From an uncultured Balneolaceae bacterium (lineage in GTDB: Bacteria > Bacteroidota > Rhodothermia > Balneolales > Balneolaceae): a stretch of 64,000 nt of DNA. Shown piece by piece: positions 18,936-30,800 of the stretch. The position numbers were made by a program, and so were the translations under genes. The stretch's first letter is position 1. Each line of letters opens with the position of its first letter. The DNA lies in assembly GCA_964590495.1 (NCBI GenBank), contig CAZPWQ010000001.1, forward strand, positions 13,502-77,501. Direction: 5' to 3'. The notes beneath the pieces were generated by a model. It did not search any database. It was not told the origin of the DNA and saw only the letters and a program-made list of their open reading frames with translations.

Positions 18936-19011
18936 CTGGTACGAGCGGACGCTCGCACCAAAGTTTTAATAGAAATATAACTCACACTGGCGCAAGCGTC
19001 CGCTTGTGCGC
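18936..19011 (+). repeat. double-hairpin repeat element, copy L (inverted partner at 35136..35201)
   Basis: GGTACGAGCGGACGCTCGCACCA (hairpin CGAGCG/CGCTCG), an AT-rich spacer, then ACTGGCGCAAGCGTCCGCTTGTGC (hairpin GCAAGCG/CGCTTGT). Both end modules are identical to the reverse complement of 35136-35201. Confidence 0.85.
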
Positions 19012-19044
19012 TGAAGGGTTGGGGTGGGTCGTTTGTTGCACGAT

Positions 19045-22000
19045 TCAAAATCTTCTCGCATTATCACCCCTAATTTCAAAAAACTTAAGACTATCATCAT
19101 TTCGTGCGACAATTAAAATTGAAACACCATTCTGAAGTTCCACTTTTTTAACAGCTCTGATCTCACCCTGTACATGAAAACCACTTTCCCGGCTCATTAT
19201 ACTTTTATAGAAGTTATTTTCCCGGGTTAATACTATACCATAACCTGCGTCATACCGACCAACTTCCGGTTTTACATTATGCAGGTTACCACCCATCACA
19301 ATTTCGCTTTCTCCATTTCCTGTTAAATCAATTGATAAGTTCCCATATACAGGTGACAGCTGAGCCTGAAACGGCAATTCTTCAATTCGAAATTCTTTAT
19401 TACCATTATTCCATGCAACGATGCTTGCCAACTGGTTCACCCGGCTATAATGTGTTTCTTCAAGTTGACTATCAGTAAAAATATCATCTATAGTTTCGCC
19501 CGTAAATGACTTGAAGGATGGATATTTTGTATTCAAATACGGAATTTCGTCCATAAGATTATGGCGCAGAGCCATGGGATAACGCTTCTGGTTGTTAAAT
19601 GCTGATATTACCTGCTCTACTGTTCCGTTTTTGTTCAAATCTCCCGTCCACATTTCTATTGGTTTTGAACCTGATGCCCGAAAACGGGAATTCATTCCAT
19701 GATTTCCTGCCACTATATCGAAATATCCATCTCCATCCAGATCATCAACAGCCAGCGAATGCCACCATCCACTTGTGGTGTCCAGTCCGGGAAATTTTCC
19801 CTGTTCCAAAGCCCCTTCCTTGTTATCAAAAAACGTCAGCGGCATCCATTCGCCCGCCACCCATAAATCAGGGTAGCCGTCTCCTTCCATATCTGTCCAA
19901 ACTGCATCAGTTGTCATCCCCATTTCCATCATACCGGGAGCGATTTCTTCAGTTACATCTTTAAAAATTCCTTGTCCGTCATTTTCGAGAAGGTAACCTC
20001 TGGCAGGGAAACCAACGGCAAACGGTTTAAGTCGTACCCCAACAAACAGATCACTATCACCATCATTGTCATAATCGGCTGTTCTGACAACACTGGTGCT
20101 TTCATAACTCCAGCTCGGCAAGGGTTGCTTAGATCTTTCAAATGACAGCTGGCCCTGATTTATATATAACCTGTCTGCCAATGATGAACTGCTGGAAGGA
20201 AATTCGTTGCCCCCGCTTGCTACATACAAATCCATCAACCCGTCACCATCGGCATCAAAAAAAACACAATCCACATCCTCAGCAGATGCATCCTCTTCTA
20301 AAACTTCAACTTTTTTTGGAGTAAATTTGCTATTATCGTTCTGCAAAAAAAGAGCTCCCGCCTGATCTTTTGCCCCGCCAACATAAAAATCCTCCAATCC
20401 GTCTCCGTCAGCATCACCCACACATAATGCAGGTCCTTCGGTTGAGCGCATATGAAAAAGCAACCGGTCTCTTTTAAAATCTATAAACTCATTCTCCCGG
20501 TGCTTCCAGTTAATATCAAATTGATTGGTTACCTCTTTCAGGAGAGTATTTTCAACCTGTTGATTGTCAGACGGAGACAAAACGGAACTTCCACCATCTT
20601 CTTTAGAAGATTTATTTTGATCAACTGTCAACATCTGATTTGTTTCTAAATTTTCAAATTTTGAAACCGATTCGTCAGGCCACGTGATTACCAGTGAATC
20701 CAAACCTGCAATCTCGCCAAGCCCCAGATGCAACCGGTGATCCATGGTTGATTGAAAACCTCTGACAGGCATCTGTTCAGCGAACCATCGTCTGTCCCCT
20801 GCCCAAGCCGTTACCTGGGCCCCGAAGGCAAACTTGTTTTCGTTTGCACCTTTAAAGGATATTTGTAACCAACCGTTGTCGGGATTTACCTCGGTAGCCC
20901 TGTTTTCATAGACTGAGGCTTCGCTTTCAATATTATTGATAACCAGGTCCAGGTCTCCGTCATTATCCAGGTCACCATACGCAGAACCGTTTGAAAAACC
21001 GGGTTCATCCAGTCCCCATACAGCTGAAGAATCGGCAAACTGCATATTTCCCAGATTATGAAATGCATAATTCGATATCGGGGTTTGGGGTATTAAGTCA
21101 ACAAGCTGTTTAAAATCGACATCGTTGTCCCTTACAATTTTTCTTTGTACTTCTTCTTTTGAGATTTCATCCAGGTAATCGAGATTCGTAAGATCCCTGT
21201 AAATGCCGTTGGCCACGAAAATATCACGCCGCCCGTCGAGATCGAAATCGGCGATATTAGCCCCCCAACTCCAGTCTGTTGCCTCGACACCGGCCCATCT
21301 GCCAATCTCGCTGAAGGTTCCGTCTGTATTGTTATATTGAAGGGTATTGCGGGTAAACTGGTGATGAAATCCATTCTCTACATACTCTCTGTATCCTTCC
21401 CAGTCATCGAAGGTTGTAACAAGCTTTAACCGTGTTTCCGATTCCGGCAACATATCAGTTACAAATATTTCGGGATAGCCGTCATCATTCAAATCCGCAA
21501 TATCCGCCCCCATCGATGCGGCGCTGATACTGTTCATCGCTTCTTCAAGCACTTCATTGAAGGAACCGTCCCGGTTATTTATATACAGATAATCGCGTTC
21601 GAAAAAATCATTGGAAATGTAAACATCGGGCCAACCGTCCCTGTTTACATCTCCGACCGAAGCTCCCAGAGCAAATCCGAATTCGCTGCTGTATATACCT
21701 GCTTCACTGCTCACTTCGGTGAAATGTCCGCCGTCGTTCCGGTACAGCTTATCCCCGCCCTGCTCGTCTCTTATATTTCTGTCGGTTTTTTGCAGATCAA
21801 AGCTTCCTATAGCCCGATAGGAATTATTAGCAAGATATAAATCCAGGTCTCCATCTTTATCATAATCAAAAAATGTACCGTGAATTGACAAGGCATCATC
21901 AGCAATACCGTATTCTTCTGCCATTTCTGTGAAGGTAAGATCCCCGTTGTTGATGTAAAGCTCATTTTTCCTGTCATCTCCCTCAACTATTCCCGAATTA

Positions 22001-22410
22001 CAAACATAAATATCCACCAGGCCATCGCCGTTGACATCAGCTATGCTTACACCGGTCGACCAGGCCCGCTCACCTGCCACAGCGGCCTTTGCTGTAATAT
22101 CTTCAAACTTCATATCTCCATTGTTCAGATACAGCTTGTTACCTCCCATATTCGAAGTGAAGAAAATATCCAGAAGACCATCATTATTGATATCCCCGAG
22201 AGCCACACCACCTCCGTTATAAAAATTTCTGTAGCGATAGATATTAAATTCCTGCTTAAAAACCAGTTCATTGCGGAAATCTATATTTGTTTCCGAAGCA
22301 GGAAGGTTCCTGAAAAGAGTGGATTCACCGTTACCTTCATTTTTATTCGCCGTACATTCGAGTAAAAACAAGGCAGATGCAAAAAGAAAAAATAAATTGA
22401 TCAGCTTCAT
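19045..22410 (-). CDS. FG-GAP/VCBS repeat + UnbV/ASPIC (CRTAC1-like) lipoprotein A
   Basis: About 1121 aa from MKLINLFFLFASALFLLEC (the track ORF extends to 22449 and would overlap the upstream gene). Seven Ca-loop repeats (DINNDGLLDIF, DVNGDGLVDIY, DYDKDGDLDLY, DVNRDGWPDVY, DLNDDGYPEIF, DFDLDGRRDIF, DLDNDGDLDLV). UnbV-like block RGFQSTMDHRLHLGLGE. Second set of repeats (DADGDGLEDFY, DADGDGLMDLY, DYDNDGDSDLF, DMEGDGYPDLW, DLDGDGYFDIV...). Confidence 0.9.
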   Translation of the reverse strand: MKLINLFFLFASALFLLECTANKNEGNGESTLFRNLPASETNIDFRNELVFKQEFNIYRYRNFYNGGGVALGDINNDGLLDIFFTSNMGGNKLYLNNGDMKFEDITAKAAVAGERAWSTGVSIADVNGDGLVDIYVCNSGIVEGDDRKNELYINNGDLTFTEMAEEYGIADDALSIHGTFFDYDKDGDLDLYLANNSYRAIGSFDLQKTDRNIRDEQGGDKLYRNDGGHFTEVSSEAGIYSSEFGFALGASVGDVNRDGWPDVYISNDFFERDYLYINNRDGSFNEVLEEAMNSISAASMGADIADLNDDGYPEIFVTDMLPESETRLKLVTTFDDWEGYREYVENGFHHQFTRNTLQYNNTDGTFSEIGRWAGVEATDWSWGANIADFDLDGRRDIFVANGIYRDLTNLDYLDEISKEEVQRKIVRDNDVDFKQLVDLIPQTPISNYAFHNLGNMQFADSSAVWGLDEPGFSNGSAYGDLDNDGDLDLVINNIESEASVYENRATEVNPDNGWLQISFKGANENKFAFGAQVTAWAGDRRWFAEQMPVRGFQSTMDHRLHLGLGEIAGLDSLVITWPDESVSKFENLETNQMLTVDQNKSSKEDGGSSVLSPSDNQQVENTLLKEVTNQFDINWKHRENEFIDFKRDRLLFHMRSTEGPALCVGDADGDGLEDFYVGGAKDQAGALFLQNDNSKFTPKKVEVLEEDASAEDVDCVFFDADGDGLMDLYVASGGNEFPSSSSSLADRLYINQGQLSFERSKQPLPSWSYESTSVVRTADYDNDGDSDLFVGVRLKPFAVGFPARGYLLENDGQGIFKDVTEEIAPGMMEMGMTTDAVWTDMEGDGYPDLWVAGEWMPLTFFDNKEGALEQGKFPGLDTTSGWWHSLAVDDLDGDGYFDIVAGNHGMNSRFRASGSKPIEMWTGDLNKNGTVEQVISAFNNQKRYPMALRHNLMDEIPYLNTKYPSFKSFTGETIDDIFTDSQLEETHYSRVNQLASIVAWNNGNKEFRIEELPFQAQLSPVYGNLSIDLTGNGESEIVMGGNLHNVKPEVGRYDAGYGIVLTRENNFYKSIMSRESGFHVQGEIRAVKKVELQNGVSILIVARNDDSLKFFEIRGDNARRF

Positions 22411-22417
22411 AAATTTG

Positions 22418-25400
22418 TTAATTCTTAATAAACCAAAGGGGCGTATCATTATTCCTGGTAACCAGATACAATGTATCCGATTGGGTTTTCAGCGAATAGA
22501 TACCCCGTACTTCTCCGTGTAGTTCAAATCCGGTATCGGATAATTCCAGGTATTTCATCTTTTGATCCTTATCTATTTTATAAACTGTACCATAACTGGC
22601 ATCATACCTGCCAACTTCCGGTTTTACGCCAAACAGATTGCCCGCCAGTAACAAGTAGCGATTTTCTTCATCGCTGTTTACTGAATGAATTCCAAAAACA
22701 GGGGAAAATTGGCCATATTCATCCATCTTTTGTTGCTTGAAGTCACCCTTGCCGTTATTCCATAATATCATACTTTCCAACGAACGAATCTCCTTTACTA
22801 CCGAAGACTCAAGAATCTCATTGGGAAATATTTGAACTATAGATTTGTCCGCATAAGATGCATAAGTAGGAAATTGTGCCTGCAGAGATGGAATTTGATC
22901 CAACAGGTCGTCTCTTAGTGTTAATGGATAATCATCCTGCTGTTTGGAACGGGTAATGATTTGTTCAATACTGCCATTTTTATCATAATCATTAATCCAC
23001 ATTTTCAGAGGCTTATTCTCATCGGCCTTCAGCCGTGAATTTAATCCATAATTTCCAAGAATTATATCTTTAGATCCATCTCCATCCAGATCTGATATTT
23101 CAATCGATTGCCATAAACCTTCTGTTAAGGACAAATCCTTTTCAGAGGTGACTTCGGAAAATGAAGCCTGCCCTGTCTCTATAAAATCATTTTCAAATAC
23201 CCGCACCGGCATCCACTCTCCGACAATAAAAAGATCCATATCCCCGTCATCATCATAATCAAACCACTCTGCATCGGTAATCAGTCCTGTTTCAATTAAC
23301 CCCGGAGCGATCTCATCTGTTATGTTCTTGAAAATACCATCTCCGTCATTTACCAGCAGATTGCCATTAACTGGCAGCCCATATGCAAACGGCTTCAAAC
23401 GGGTACCGGTGAATAAATCGATATGACCGTCCTGGTTGAAGTCAACAGCTTTAACCACGGAAGTTACTTCGTATTTACTCACAGGAAGCGCGGCCTCAGA
23501 TTTTTCCCACGTCTCATCTCCATTATTAAGATAAAGTCGATCGCCCAGGGTGGTAGAACTGGCCGGAAATTCAGAACTCCCGCTTGCCACATATAAATCC
23601 AAGCTACCATTTCCGTTCGCATCAAACCATATACAAGAAGTATCCTCGGAATCCCGGTCTTCTGCAAATTGATGTTCATTTTTTTTGAGAAAGGTATGGT
23701 CCTGTCGTTGTATGAATACAGCTCCGGACTGCCCTTTGGCTCCCCCGATATAAAAATCATCCAGCCCGTCCTTGTTTACATCTGCGACACATGTCGGCGG
23801 CCCTTCGGCAGATCGTTTATGAAACAGCAGTTTATTCCGCTGAAAATCCTCAAAATCATTTTCCCTGTGTATAAAATCTATGGAGACCTTATCTGTTACC
23901 TCCTGGAAAAGAAGATTTCTCTTTTGTGAGTTGTTGTTAAGACGATTTCGCCTCGAAAGCGCTGTATCTTCCTGGTTAATCAGAAGTATTTGATTCGGCT
24001 GGATATCTGTTTGAAAACTGTTACTGCCATCAGGCCATTTGACCAGTAAAGAATCAACATTGCTGTTCTCACCCAATCCAAAATGTAGGCGATGATCAAC
24101 TGATGATTGGAAGCCTCGTCCCGGCATCTGTTCCCGGTAAAATAATCTGCCATTCGTCCATAGTTTGACAGTAGTTCCGATTGCCGAAGTATTCGGACTT
24201 TTACCTTTAAGCTCTACCATCAGCCAGTTATTTTCAGATGTATTGCTATTTGTACGATTGTGATATATATCAGCCTCCTGATTGGCATTATTAACAATTA
24301 AATCCAGAGTGCCATCATTATTAAGATCTGCGTAAGCAGCTCCGTTCGAAAAACCGGGTTCATCAAGTCCCCACGCTTTTGCTCTGTTTATAAAGCCCAG
24401 ACCGGCGGTACCGGAAAAGGCATAATTACTCACCGGAGTAGACGGCATCTCATCAAATAAAATTGAAATCGGCTTATCCTCCTCAACGACAGTTCTCAGC
24501 CTCTCCAGATTCATCCTGTCATTCACATAGTCCAGATCAGTGAGATCTTTTACTATTCCGTTAGTTACAAAAATATCATTATGACTATCATTGTTCAGAT
24601 CGGCTATTAATGTCGTCCAGCTCCAATCGGTAGCCTCGACACCTGCAAGCCGGCTTATCTCACTGAATGTATTCAACTGCAGTGTATCCGGTATGCCGCT
24701 TATGTCTGCAGTTAATTGTGACGATCCGTTATTCAACTGGAGCGTATTCCTTACAAATTGATAATGATAATCCTCTTTCACTTTATTCCTGTATTCGGTC
24801 CAACTGTCAAAAACCGTATTTGATTTTATTCTCTCATCCGATTCCGGAAGCATATCGGTAACATAGATATCCGGTCTTCCGTCATGGTTTACATCAGCTA
24901 TGTCGGCTCCCATCGAGCTTTGACTTATAGAAGGCATCAACGGTGGAAGTATTTCAGTAAATGTACCGTCACCATTATTCAAATAAAGATAATCTCTTTC
25001 AAAAAAATCATTGGATATATACATATCCGGCCAGCCGTCGTTATTTACATCACTAACTGCAACATCCAGCCCGAAACCTATCTTGCTGCTGTAGATCCCG
25101 GCCTGTTTGGTTACTTCCACAAATTTTGCCGGCCCACCGGATGTTTCTGACTCCCTGCTTCCTTTACTTTGCTTTGGGTTAATCAGTTCATTTCTAAATA
25201 GCCGGTCACCTCCTTTTTCATCATACACTTCCCGCAGTCCTTTTTTAACATCTATCCCCCGGAGTGCCTCGAATGAATTGTTGAGAAGATACATATCCAG
25301 ATCACCGTCACGATCATAATCAAAAAAAATGGCATCGGTGGCAAGTCCTGTGATATCCAGGCCGTATTCTCTTGACTTTTCAGTAAATGTGGGACTGTCT

Positions 25401-25918
25401 CCGCCTTCCGGCTGATTGCCATTATTGATGAATAGTTCATTGTGCCTGTTTTCACCACCCGGACTTCCGGATTTAACCACATAAATATCCAACAGGCCAT
25501 CCCCGTTAATATCCACCATAGTAACACCGGTCGACCATACATCATCTGCCGCAACACCCGCACTTTCTGTAATATCTTCAAACTCCAGATTTCCCCTATT
25601 GAGATACAACTTGTTAGCGACCTGATTACCGCTGAAATAGATATCCACCAGTCCATCATTATTTATATCACCGACTGCAACTCCGCCGCCATTGAAAAAA
25701 TTGCGATAGGTATAGGGATTAAGTTCTTTTGTAAATGTCAGTTCATTAATAAATTCAATTCCGCTGTGGTGTGACGGAAGTCTCTCAAACATCGTATTGG
25801 AAGGCATGTCATTTTTCTTTCCGCAACTAAACAATCCTATTAAAACGGCTATGAAAATAATAAAAGAAAAAAATAAATGGGGGATGCTTTTGATAGATCC
25901 CCTTTCCAGGTTTGTCAT
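22418..25918 (-). CDS. FG-GAP/VCBS repeat + UnbV/ASPIC (CRTAC1-like) lipoprotein B
   Basis: 1166 aa. Lipobox LIGLFSCGKKND. Same architecture as A (DINNDGLVDIY, DINGDGLLDIY, DYDRDGDLDMY, DVNNDGWPDMY, DVNHDGRPDIY..., RGFQSSVDHRLHFGLGE, DVNKDGLDDFY, DANGNGSLDLY, DFNQDGHIDLF, DYDDDGDMDLF, DLDGDGSKDII). Confidence 0.9.
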   Translation of the reverse strand: MTNLERGSIKSIPHLFFSFIIFIAVLIGLFSCGKKNDMPSNTMFERLPSHHSGIEFINELTFTKELNPYTYRNFFNGGGVAVGDINNDGLVDIYFSGNQVANKLYLNRGNLEFEDITESAGVAADDVWSTGVTMVDINGDGLLDIYVVKSGSPGGENRHNELFINNGNQPEGGDSPTFTEKSREYGLDITGLATDAIFFDYDRDGDLDMYLLNNSFEALRGIDVKKGLREVYDEKGGDRLFRNELINPKQSKGSRESETSGGPAKFVEVTKQAGIYSSKIGFGLDVAVSDVNNDGWPDMYISNDFFERDYLYLNNGDGTFTEILPPLMPSISQSSMGADIADVNHDGRPDIYVTDMLPESDERIKSNTVFDSWTEYRNKVKEDYHYQFVRNTLQLNNGSSQLTADISGIPDTLQLNTFSEISRLAGVEATDWSWTTLIADLNNDSHNDIFVTNGIVKDLTDLDYVNDRMNLERLRTVVEEDKPISILFDEMPSTPVSNYAFSGTAGLGFINRAKAWGLDEPGFSNGAAYADLNNDGTLDLIVNNANQEADIYHNRTNSNTSENNWLMVELKGKSPNTSAIGTTVKLWTNGRLFYREQMPGRGFQSSVDHRLHFGLGENSNVDSLLVKWPDGSNSFQTDIQPNQILLINQEDTALSRRNRLNNNSQKRNLLFQEVTDKVSIDFIHRENDFEDFQRNKLLFHKRSAEGPPTCVADVNKDGLDDFYIGGAKGQSGAVFIQRQDHTFLKKNEHQFAEDRDSEDTSCIWFDANGNGSLDLYVASGSSEFPASSTTLGDRLYLNNGDETWEKSEAALPVSKYEVTSVVKAVDFNQDGHIDLFTGTRLKPFAYGLPVNGNLLVNDGDGIFKNITDEIAPGLIETGLITDAEWFDYDDDGDMDLFIVGEWMPVRVFENDFIETGQASFSEVTSEKDLSLTEGLWQSIEISDLDGDGSKDIILGNYGLNSRLKADENKPLKMWINDYDKNGSIEQIITRSKQQDDYPLTLRDDLLDQIPSLQAQFPTYASYADKSIVQIFPNEILESSVVKEIRSLESMILWNNGKGDFKQQKMDEYGQFSPVFGIHSVNSDEENRYLLLAGNLFGVKPEVGRYDASYGTVYKIDKDQKMKYLELSDTGFELHGEVRGIYSLKTQSDTLYLVTRNNDTPLWFIKN

Positions 25919-26070
25919 TTAGCAATAGGTTCTTTCTGAACTTCCTCTTCGACTGTAAGATCAGTATATATAATATTTACCGACTGATCATTTTCAGTAA
26001 AGACTTTTTATACCGGTAAGAGATATAGTATCTTTCTCACAAATATAGTCTTCTTTCTGTGAATTATTAA

Positions 26071-26106
26071 AATAAATAAAAGGAGCATGTGACTTTCACA
26101 TACCCC
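26071..26106 (-). terminator. probable intrinsic terminator after susD-1
   Basis: On the minus strand, GGGGTATGTGA-aag-TCACATGCTCC hairpin followed by TTTTATTTATT. Confidence 0.55.
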
Positions 26107-26135
26107 TTTTAACTTACATACTATTATTAACTATA

Positions 26136-27791
26136 TCAGCCCTGACGTCCCTGGTAACCCGGATTTTGAACCAGGTTATCATTTGCTTCCAGCTGCTCCC
26201 GTGGAATGGGGAAAACGTTTCTGGTTGGGTCAGATACATCCTTCTCCCACCAAGGATCATTGAAGCGGGTTTCACCTTCGTTTCCCTGGAATCTGATAAG
26301 GTCCTGTCGTCTTAACAGTTCATAAAAGAATTCCCTGCCTCTCTCCTCAAGAATTAAATCCTCATCGAGAGAAGTGAAACTATCTACACCGGCACGTTCT
26401 CTGACCAGGTTTACCAGGCGAAGTGCTTCCGGATCATTGTTATTCAGTCTCCAGCGTGCTTCAGCCTGTGTCAATAATACGTCAGCATATCGAAAAACGA
26501 CGAAATCATTATCAAGGTTTGATGTTGAACCCGGTTCTATTTCATATTTTCCTACCCTGACTCCACACTGCCTGCAAGCATTCGGTTCCAGACTATTTAT
26601 TTCCGGTGTAAATGTCAATGGAGCTCCGTCCTGATCGAAATCAGAAAATACGGCATCGTCTTCTATGCGATTGCCCTGGGTATCAAATTGAGGTCCGGCC
26701 AGGAAATTTGACAGTCGATCATCAGTGGTACCAGTCGTTTCTTCACCCATTGATCCAATAACAGGACCCTGCGGTCCCGGATTCCCTTCTTCATCAATGT
26801 AAGAGCGATAGAATTCCTCAACCGTAGCATATCCGTTCCACGGTTGTTCCTGCAATCTAAAGGTAGATTGACTTCCGTAGTGAAGCGACATGTGATGAAT
26901 GTTGAAACCCTGCAGGAATACCCGGTCATAAGGTACTGCAAAGATTATTTCGGGAGATCCCGAATTATCTGTAACAAAATTATCCCGATAAACGGCACTC
27001 AGATTATAGTTACCCGAATTAATGATCTCATCCGTATGAGTGATAGCATCCTCCCATCGTGGTGTGCCTGTATAGACTTCGGAATTCAGATATAATTTAG
27101 CCAGTACAAAATGGACAACCCACCTGTTCATCCGTCCATAGGTTCCGCCGACATCCTCATCCACTTCGTCGAGTGCATTTAACAGTTCCTGCTCTACACA
27201 TTCGAAGAGCTGGGTACGCCCTTCCTGAAAATCAGAGCTGGGCTGGGAAGGTTCTTCCGGGGCATCCTCGAAGCTGGTGATAATCGGCACATTTCCGAAT
27301 GTGTCGAGCAACCAGTAATAGTAAAGAGCCCGCAGAGCTCTCAACTCGGCAATGAAAGCTTCGGCCAGTTCAGGATCGGCATTTCCGGCCTCCACTGCAG
27401 ATTCAAACTGGAAGATAAGACGGTTCGTGTTATTCACACCTGAAAACAAAAATTGCCAGGTGTTGTTAAAGTATCCTTCTTCGTAGGTAAAACTATGGCG
27501 ATGCATCCGAAGCCATATTCCACCGTCAAACCAGTCCTGGCCTCTCTGGGGAATGACAAACTCGTCGGTAGATACCTCCTGAATGGAAGAGAAACCATTA
27601 TGTCCGCCCAGCCCCTCGGGGCCGAGAACGGTATAGGCATCGCCCATGGCCGAAACAAATTCCGTTTCATTCTGAAAGAAATTCTCTCCGGTTACTTCAG
27701 AAGATACAGGTACCTCTGCATCGGTACAAGAGACAATAACCATCGTTACGGTTAGCAACACACCTACAATGATTTTTCGGTAAAGTTTCAT
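26136..27791 (-). CDS. susD: RagB/SusD-family nutrient-binding outer membrane lipoprotein (pair 1)
   Basis: Lipobox MVIVSCTDAEV. SusD-like helical core (ELRALRALYYYWLLDTFGNVPIITSFE, LAKLYLNSEVYTGTP, FRYADVLLTQAEARWRL, REFFYELLRRQDLIRF). Lies immediately downstream of susC-1. The track ORF extends to 27803. Confidence 0.93.
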   Translation of the reverse strand: MKLYRKIIVGVLLTVTMVIVSCTDAEVPVSSEVTGENFFQNETEFVSAMGDAYTVLGPEGLGGHNGFSSIQEVSTDEFVIPQRGQDWFDGGIWLRMHRHSFTYEEGYFNNTWQFLFSGVNNTNRLIFQFESAVEAGNADPELAEAFIAELRALRALYYYWLLDTFGNVPIITSFEDAPEEPSQPSSDFQEGRTQLFECVEQELLNALDEVDEDVGGTYGRMNRWVVHFVLAKLYLNSEVYTGTPRWEDAITHTDEIINSGNYNLSAVYRDNFVTDNSGSPEIIFAVPYDRVFLQGFNIHHMSLHYGSQSTFRLQEQPWNGYATVEEFYRSYIDEEGNPGPQGPVIGSMGEETTGTTDDRLSNFLAGPQFDTQGNRIEDDAVFSDFDQDGAPLTFTPEINSLEPNACRQCGVRVGKYEIEPGSTSNLDNDFVVFRYADVLLTQAEARWRLNNNDPEALRLVNLVRERAGVDSFTSLDEDLILEERGREFFYELLRRQDLIRFQGNEGETRFNDPWWEKDVSDPTRNVFPIPREQLEANDNLVQNPGYQGRQG

Positions 27792-27833
27792 TTGTGTAAA
27801 CATAGCTTTGATAATTTTGTATTAGAACAATTT

Positions 27834-30800
27834 CTAGAAATCCAGATTTATTCCGACTGAAACAGACCGGGCAGTGAACCACTGATTCCTGCGTTCGATT
27901 CCGGGAGCCAATGGATTATCATCATCAATCGGATCTGTAAAACGGACTTCAGGATCTATACCGTCGTAACCTGTAATAGTGAACAGATTATTGGCAGAAA
28001 CATACAGCCGCAATCTTCGGATAGAAGTGGCTTCAGAGAACGGAATTGTATATCCGAGTGAAGCATTCTGAAGCCGTACGAAAGAAGCATCCTCAACCTG
28101 GAAACTGGAAAACTGGGGAGCTTCTCTCAATTCCGTGAGATCAAGAGCCGATGACAACACATTGTAAGCGGTAATCTGGTTCGGCGCTTCGTAGAAGAGC
28201 CGGAAAGTATTGACCAGATCATGGCCGAAAGCGCCACGGAAGAATGTGTTAAAATCCCAATTCCTCCAGTTTACAGAATTGTTCCATCCCAGCTCGAAAT
28301 CGGGAAGGCCATTGCCAATTACCCGTTCGTCTTCGCGAGTAATTTCGTCAGGAGATACTTTATTACCGTTCCTGTCAAAGAACAGCCATCCCCCGTCAGG
28401 GCCAATTTCAGCAAATTCCGGTCCAAAAATCTCTCCGATCGGACGACCTTCCTGGACACGAATCAACGGGCGATCATTCTGTCCCGGCGAACCGGCATTA
28501 GAAATGAATTGTGTTTCATCTGTTACGAACTCCTCCAAAATTGTCTCGAAAGTGGAGAAGGTAAATCCGCTCGACCATGTCAAATTATTCTGACGGATTA
28601 CCTCCAGATCGAGGGCAGCTTCAAAGCCGTTGGTTTCGAGTTCTCCGACATTTCTCCAGGTCGTCGGAAAAAGGTTCGGCGGAACGGGAACCGCTACCTG
28701 GAATAGCAAATCATCGGTAACCTTGTTGAAATATTCAAAAGTTCCTGTAAGCCGGGAGTCGACTGCTTCAAAATCAAAACCCAGGTTCAACTCTCTCTTT
28801 TCTTCCCATTTCAGGTCGGGATTTGGATTACTGGCAGGTGAAAAACTCTGCACAAATTCTCCATTAACGAAAAAGTTACCGCTGGGCTCAAAACGCTGAA
28901 CAGCAAGCCCGTTTTCCGGTGCGTCCTGTCCGGTTACACCAAAACTGCCACGTAGTCTGAATCGCTCGAAGAATGGTAATTCGACCAAATTGGTGACTTC
29001 AACACCGGCTCCGGCTGCCCAAAAATCACCCCATCGGTTATCTGCTCCAAAACGGGATGATGCCTCGCGGCGGTAACTACCATTTATGAAATAGGTATCG
29101 TCCCAATTCAAATTGGCCCTTCCGAAAAAACCGATTAAACGGTTTTCTCCTTTAAAACTCCCGACCGTTCCTTCACCCTGGCTGAAATCCTGGGCAAAGC
29201 TTAAATTGTTAAAACCAACAACATCAGTAATAAAATCGCCTCCTGAGGCTACTGTGGTTTCATCAATGAAATTCTGCCACGAATAGCCGGCGATGGTCTC
29301 AATCCGCAATTGATCGACATCCGCTAAATAATTTACAGTGGCCTCAAACAATTCACTGCTGCTTCTGTTATCCACGCGCTGTGCCTGACCGGGACCTAAA
29401 TCTGTTTCAGTGGCTCCTCCACCAAACTTGCTCGTTTTGGCGAAAAACTCTCTAAACAGAGAGTTGGTAGTCTCCAGTGAATAGAATGCGGATGCACTGA
29501 GATTGGGGATCAATTGTTCGAATTCATAATCTGCACGAAGAGATCCGTTAAAATTATCACGTTCAAACGTACGATCACCAGTCTCAATTATAGCCACAGG
29601 ATTCAGGAATCTGAAAAGCGGTTGTTCAAAAAATCCCCCTGTGGTCTCAAAGCCATCCGCCCGTACGGGAAGCGTCGGGTTAAATGTAGTCGCAAATTCG
29701 AAAGGTCCCTCTTCCCCGATAGCCAAACCCTGATCTTCCTGACGGTTGGTAGCTCCCAGGTTAAGGGTAAATTTGAGACGATTATCAAGTGCCCACTGCT
29801 GGAGATTTACACGCCCGCTCAACTGCTCGAATCCCGTTTGTTTTTGTATACCGGTACGATCCCGGTAGTTTCCGGAAACACGATAAACGGAATTCTCTCC
29901 TCCACCCGATAGTGACAGGTTGTGCACATTATTTGAACCGGTCTGGGTGATCAAATCATACCAGTTAGTACTTGTCTGCCCGTCGAAAATATCGAATTCA
30001 TTTTCTTCAAGATCATGAACCTCTCTGAAATCTACGGCGAGCTGCCTGAATTCGTTGGCATTTAGCACGTCAAGCTGGTTCTCGATTCCTTCAATAGTAA
30101 CAAAGCCGTTATAATTTACTGAAACACTTTGGCCTTCGGGCCCGCGTTCTCCTGACTTCGTTGTAACCAGGATCACACCGGCTGAACCCCTTGTTCCGTA
30201 AATAGCCGAGGCTGAAGCATCTTTGAGCACTTCAATGGAAGCAATATCATTGGGATCAATATTATCCAGACTGCCTCCAAGTACCCCGTCTACTACCACC
30301 AGGGGTTCCTGGTTGGCACCAAAGGATGAGATACCCCGAAGGCGTACTGTCGGATCGCTGTTGGGGTCACCTCCACCCTGGTTAGTCACGGTCAGTCCGG
30401 GTACTTTACCCTGAATCAGTTCAGTAGCAGTATTGACATTGCCGCTGACAAAGTCTTCCGCTCTAACACTGGAAACTGAACCGGTAATCTGCTTTCGCTG
30501 CTGGGTACCATATCCAACGACGACCACATCTTCCAGCATTCGCACATCAGGTTGCAAAGAGATATTAATTTCAGTGCGACCATCTATCGGCTCCGTTATG
30601 CTTAAATAGCCGACAAATGAATACACCAGTGAGTCAGCATCAGCCGGTACTTCCAGACTGTATTGTCCATTAAGATCGGTTGAAGTACCGATAGTTGTTC
30701 CCTGAACAGTAATATTTACGCTCGGTAACGGTGATCCATCCTCAGCATCGGTAACTGTACCACTTATTTCGGTCTGCTGTGCCTGTGCTTCATTAAAACT

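Noticed and set aside
22410-22449. N-terminal extension MIRPFGLLRINKF of CRTAC1-like A, overlapping the end of the upstream gene.
   Set aside because: The Met at 22410 begins a canonical signal/lipobox (MKLINLFFLFASALFLLEC). The extension would overlap the upstream coding sequence by about 30 nt and adds no signal-peptide features.
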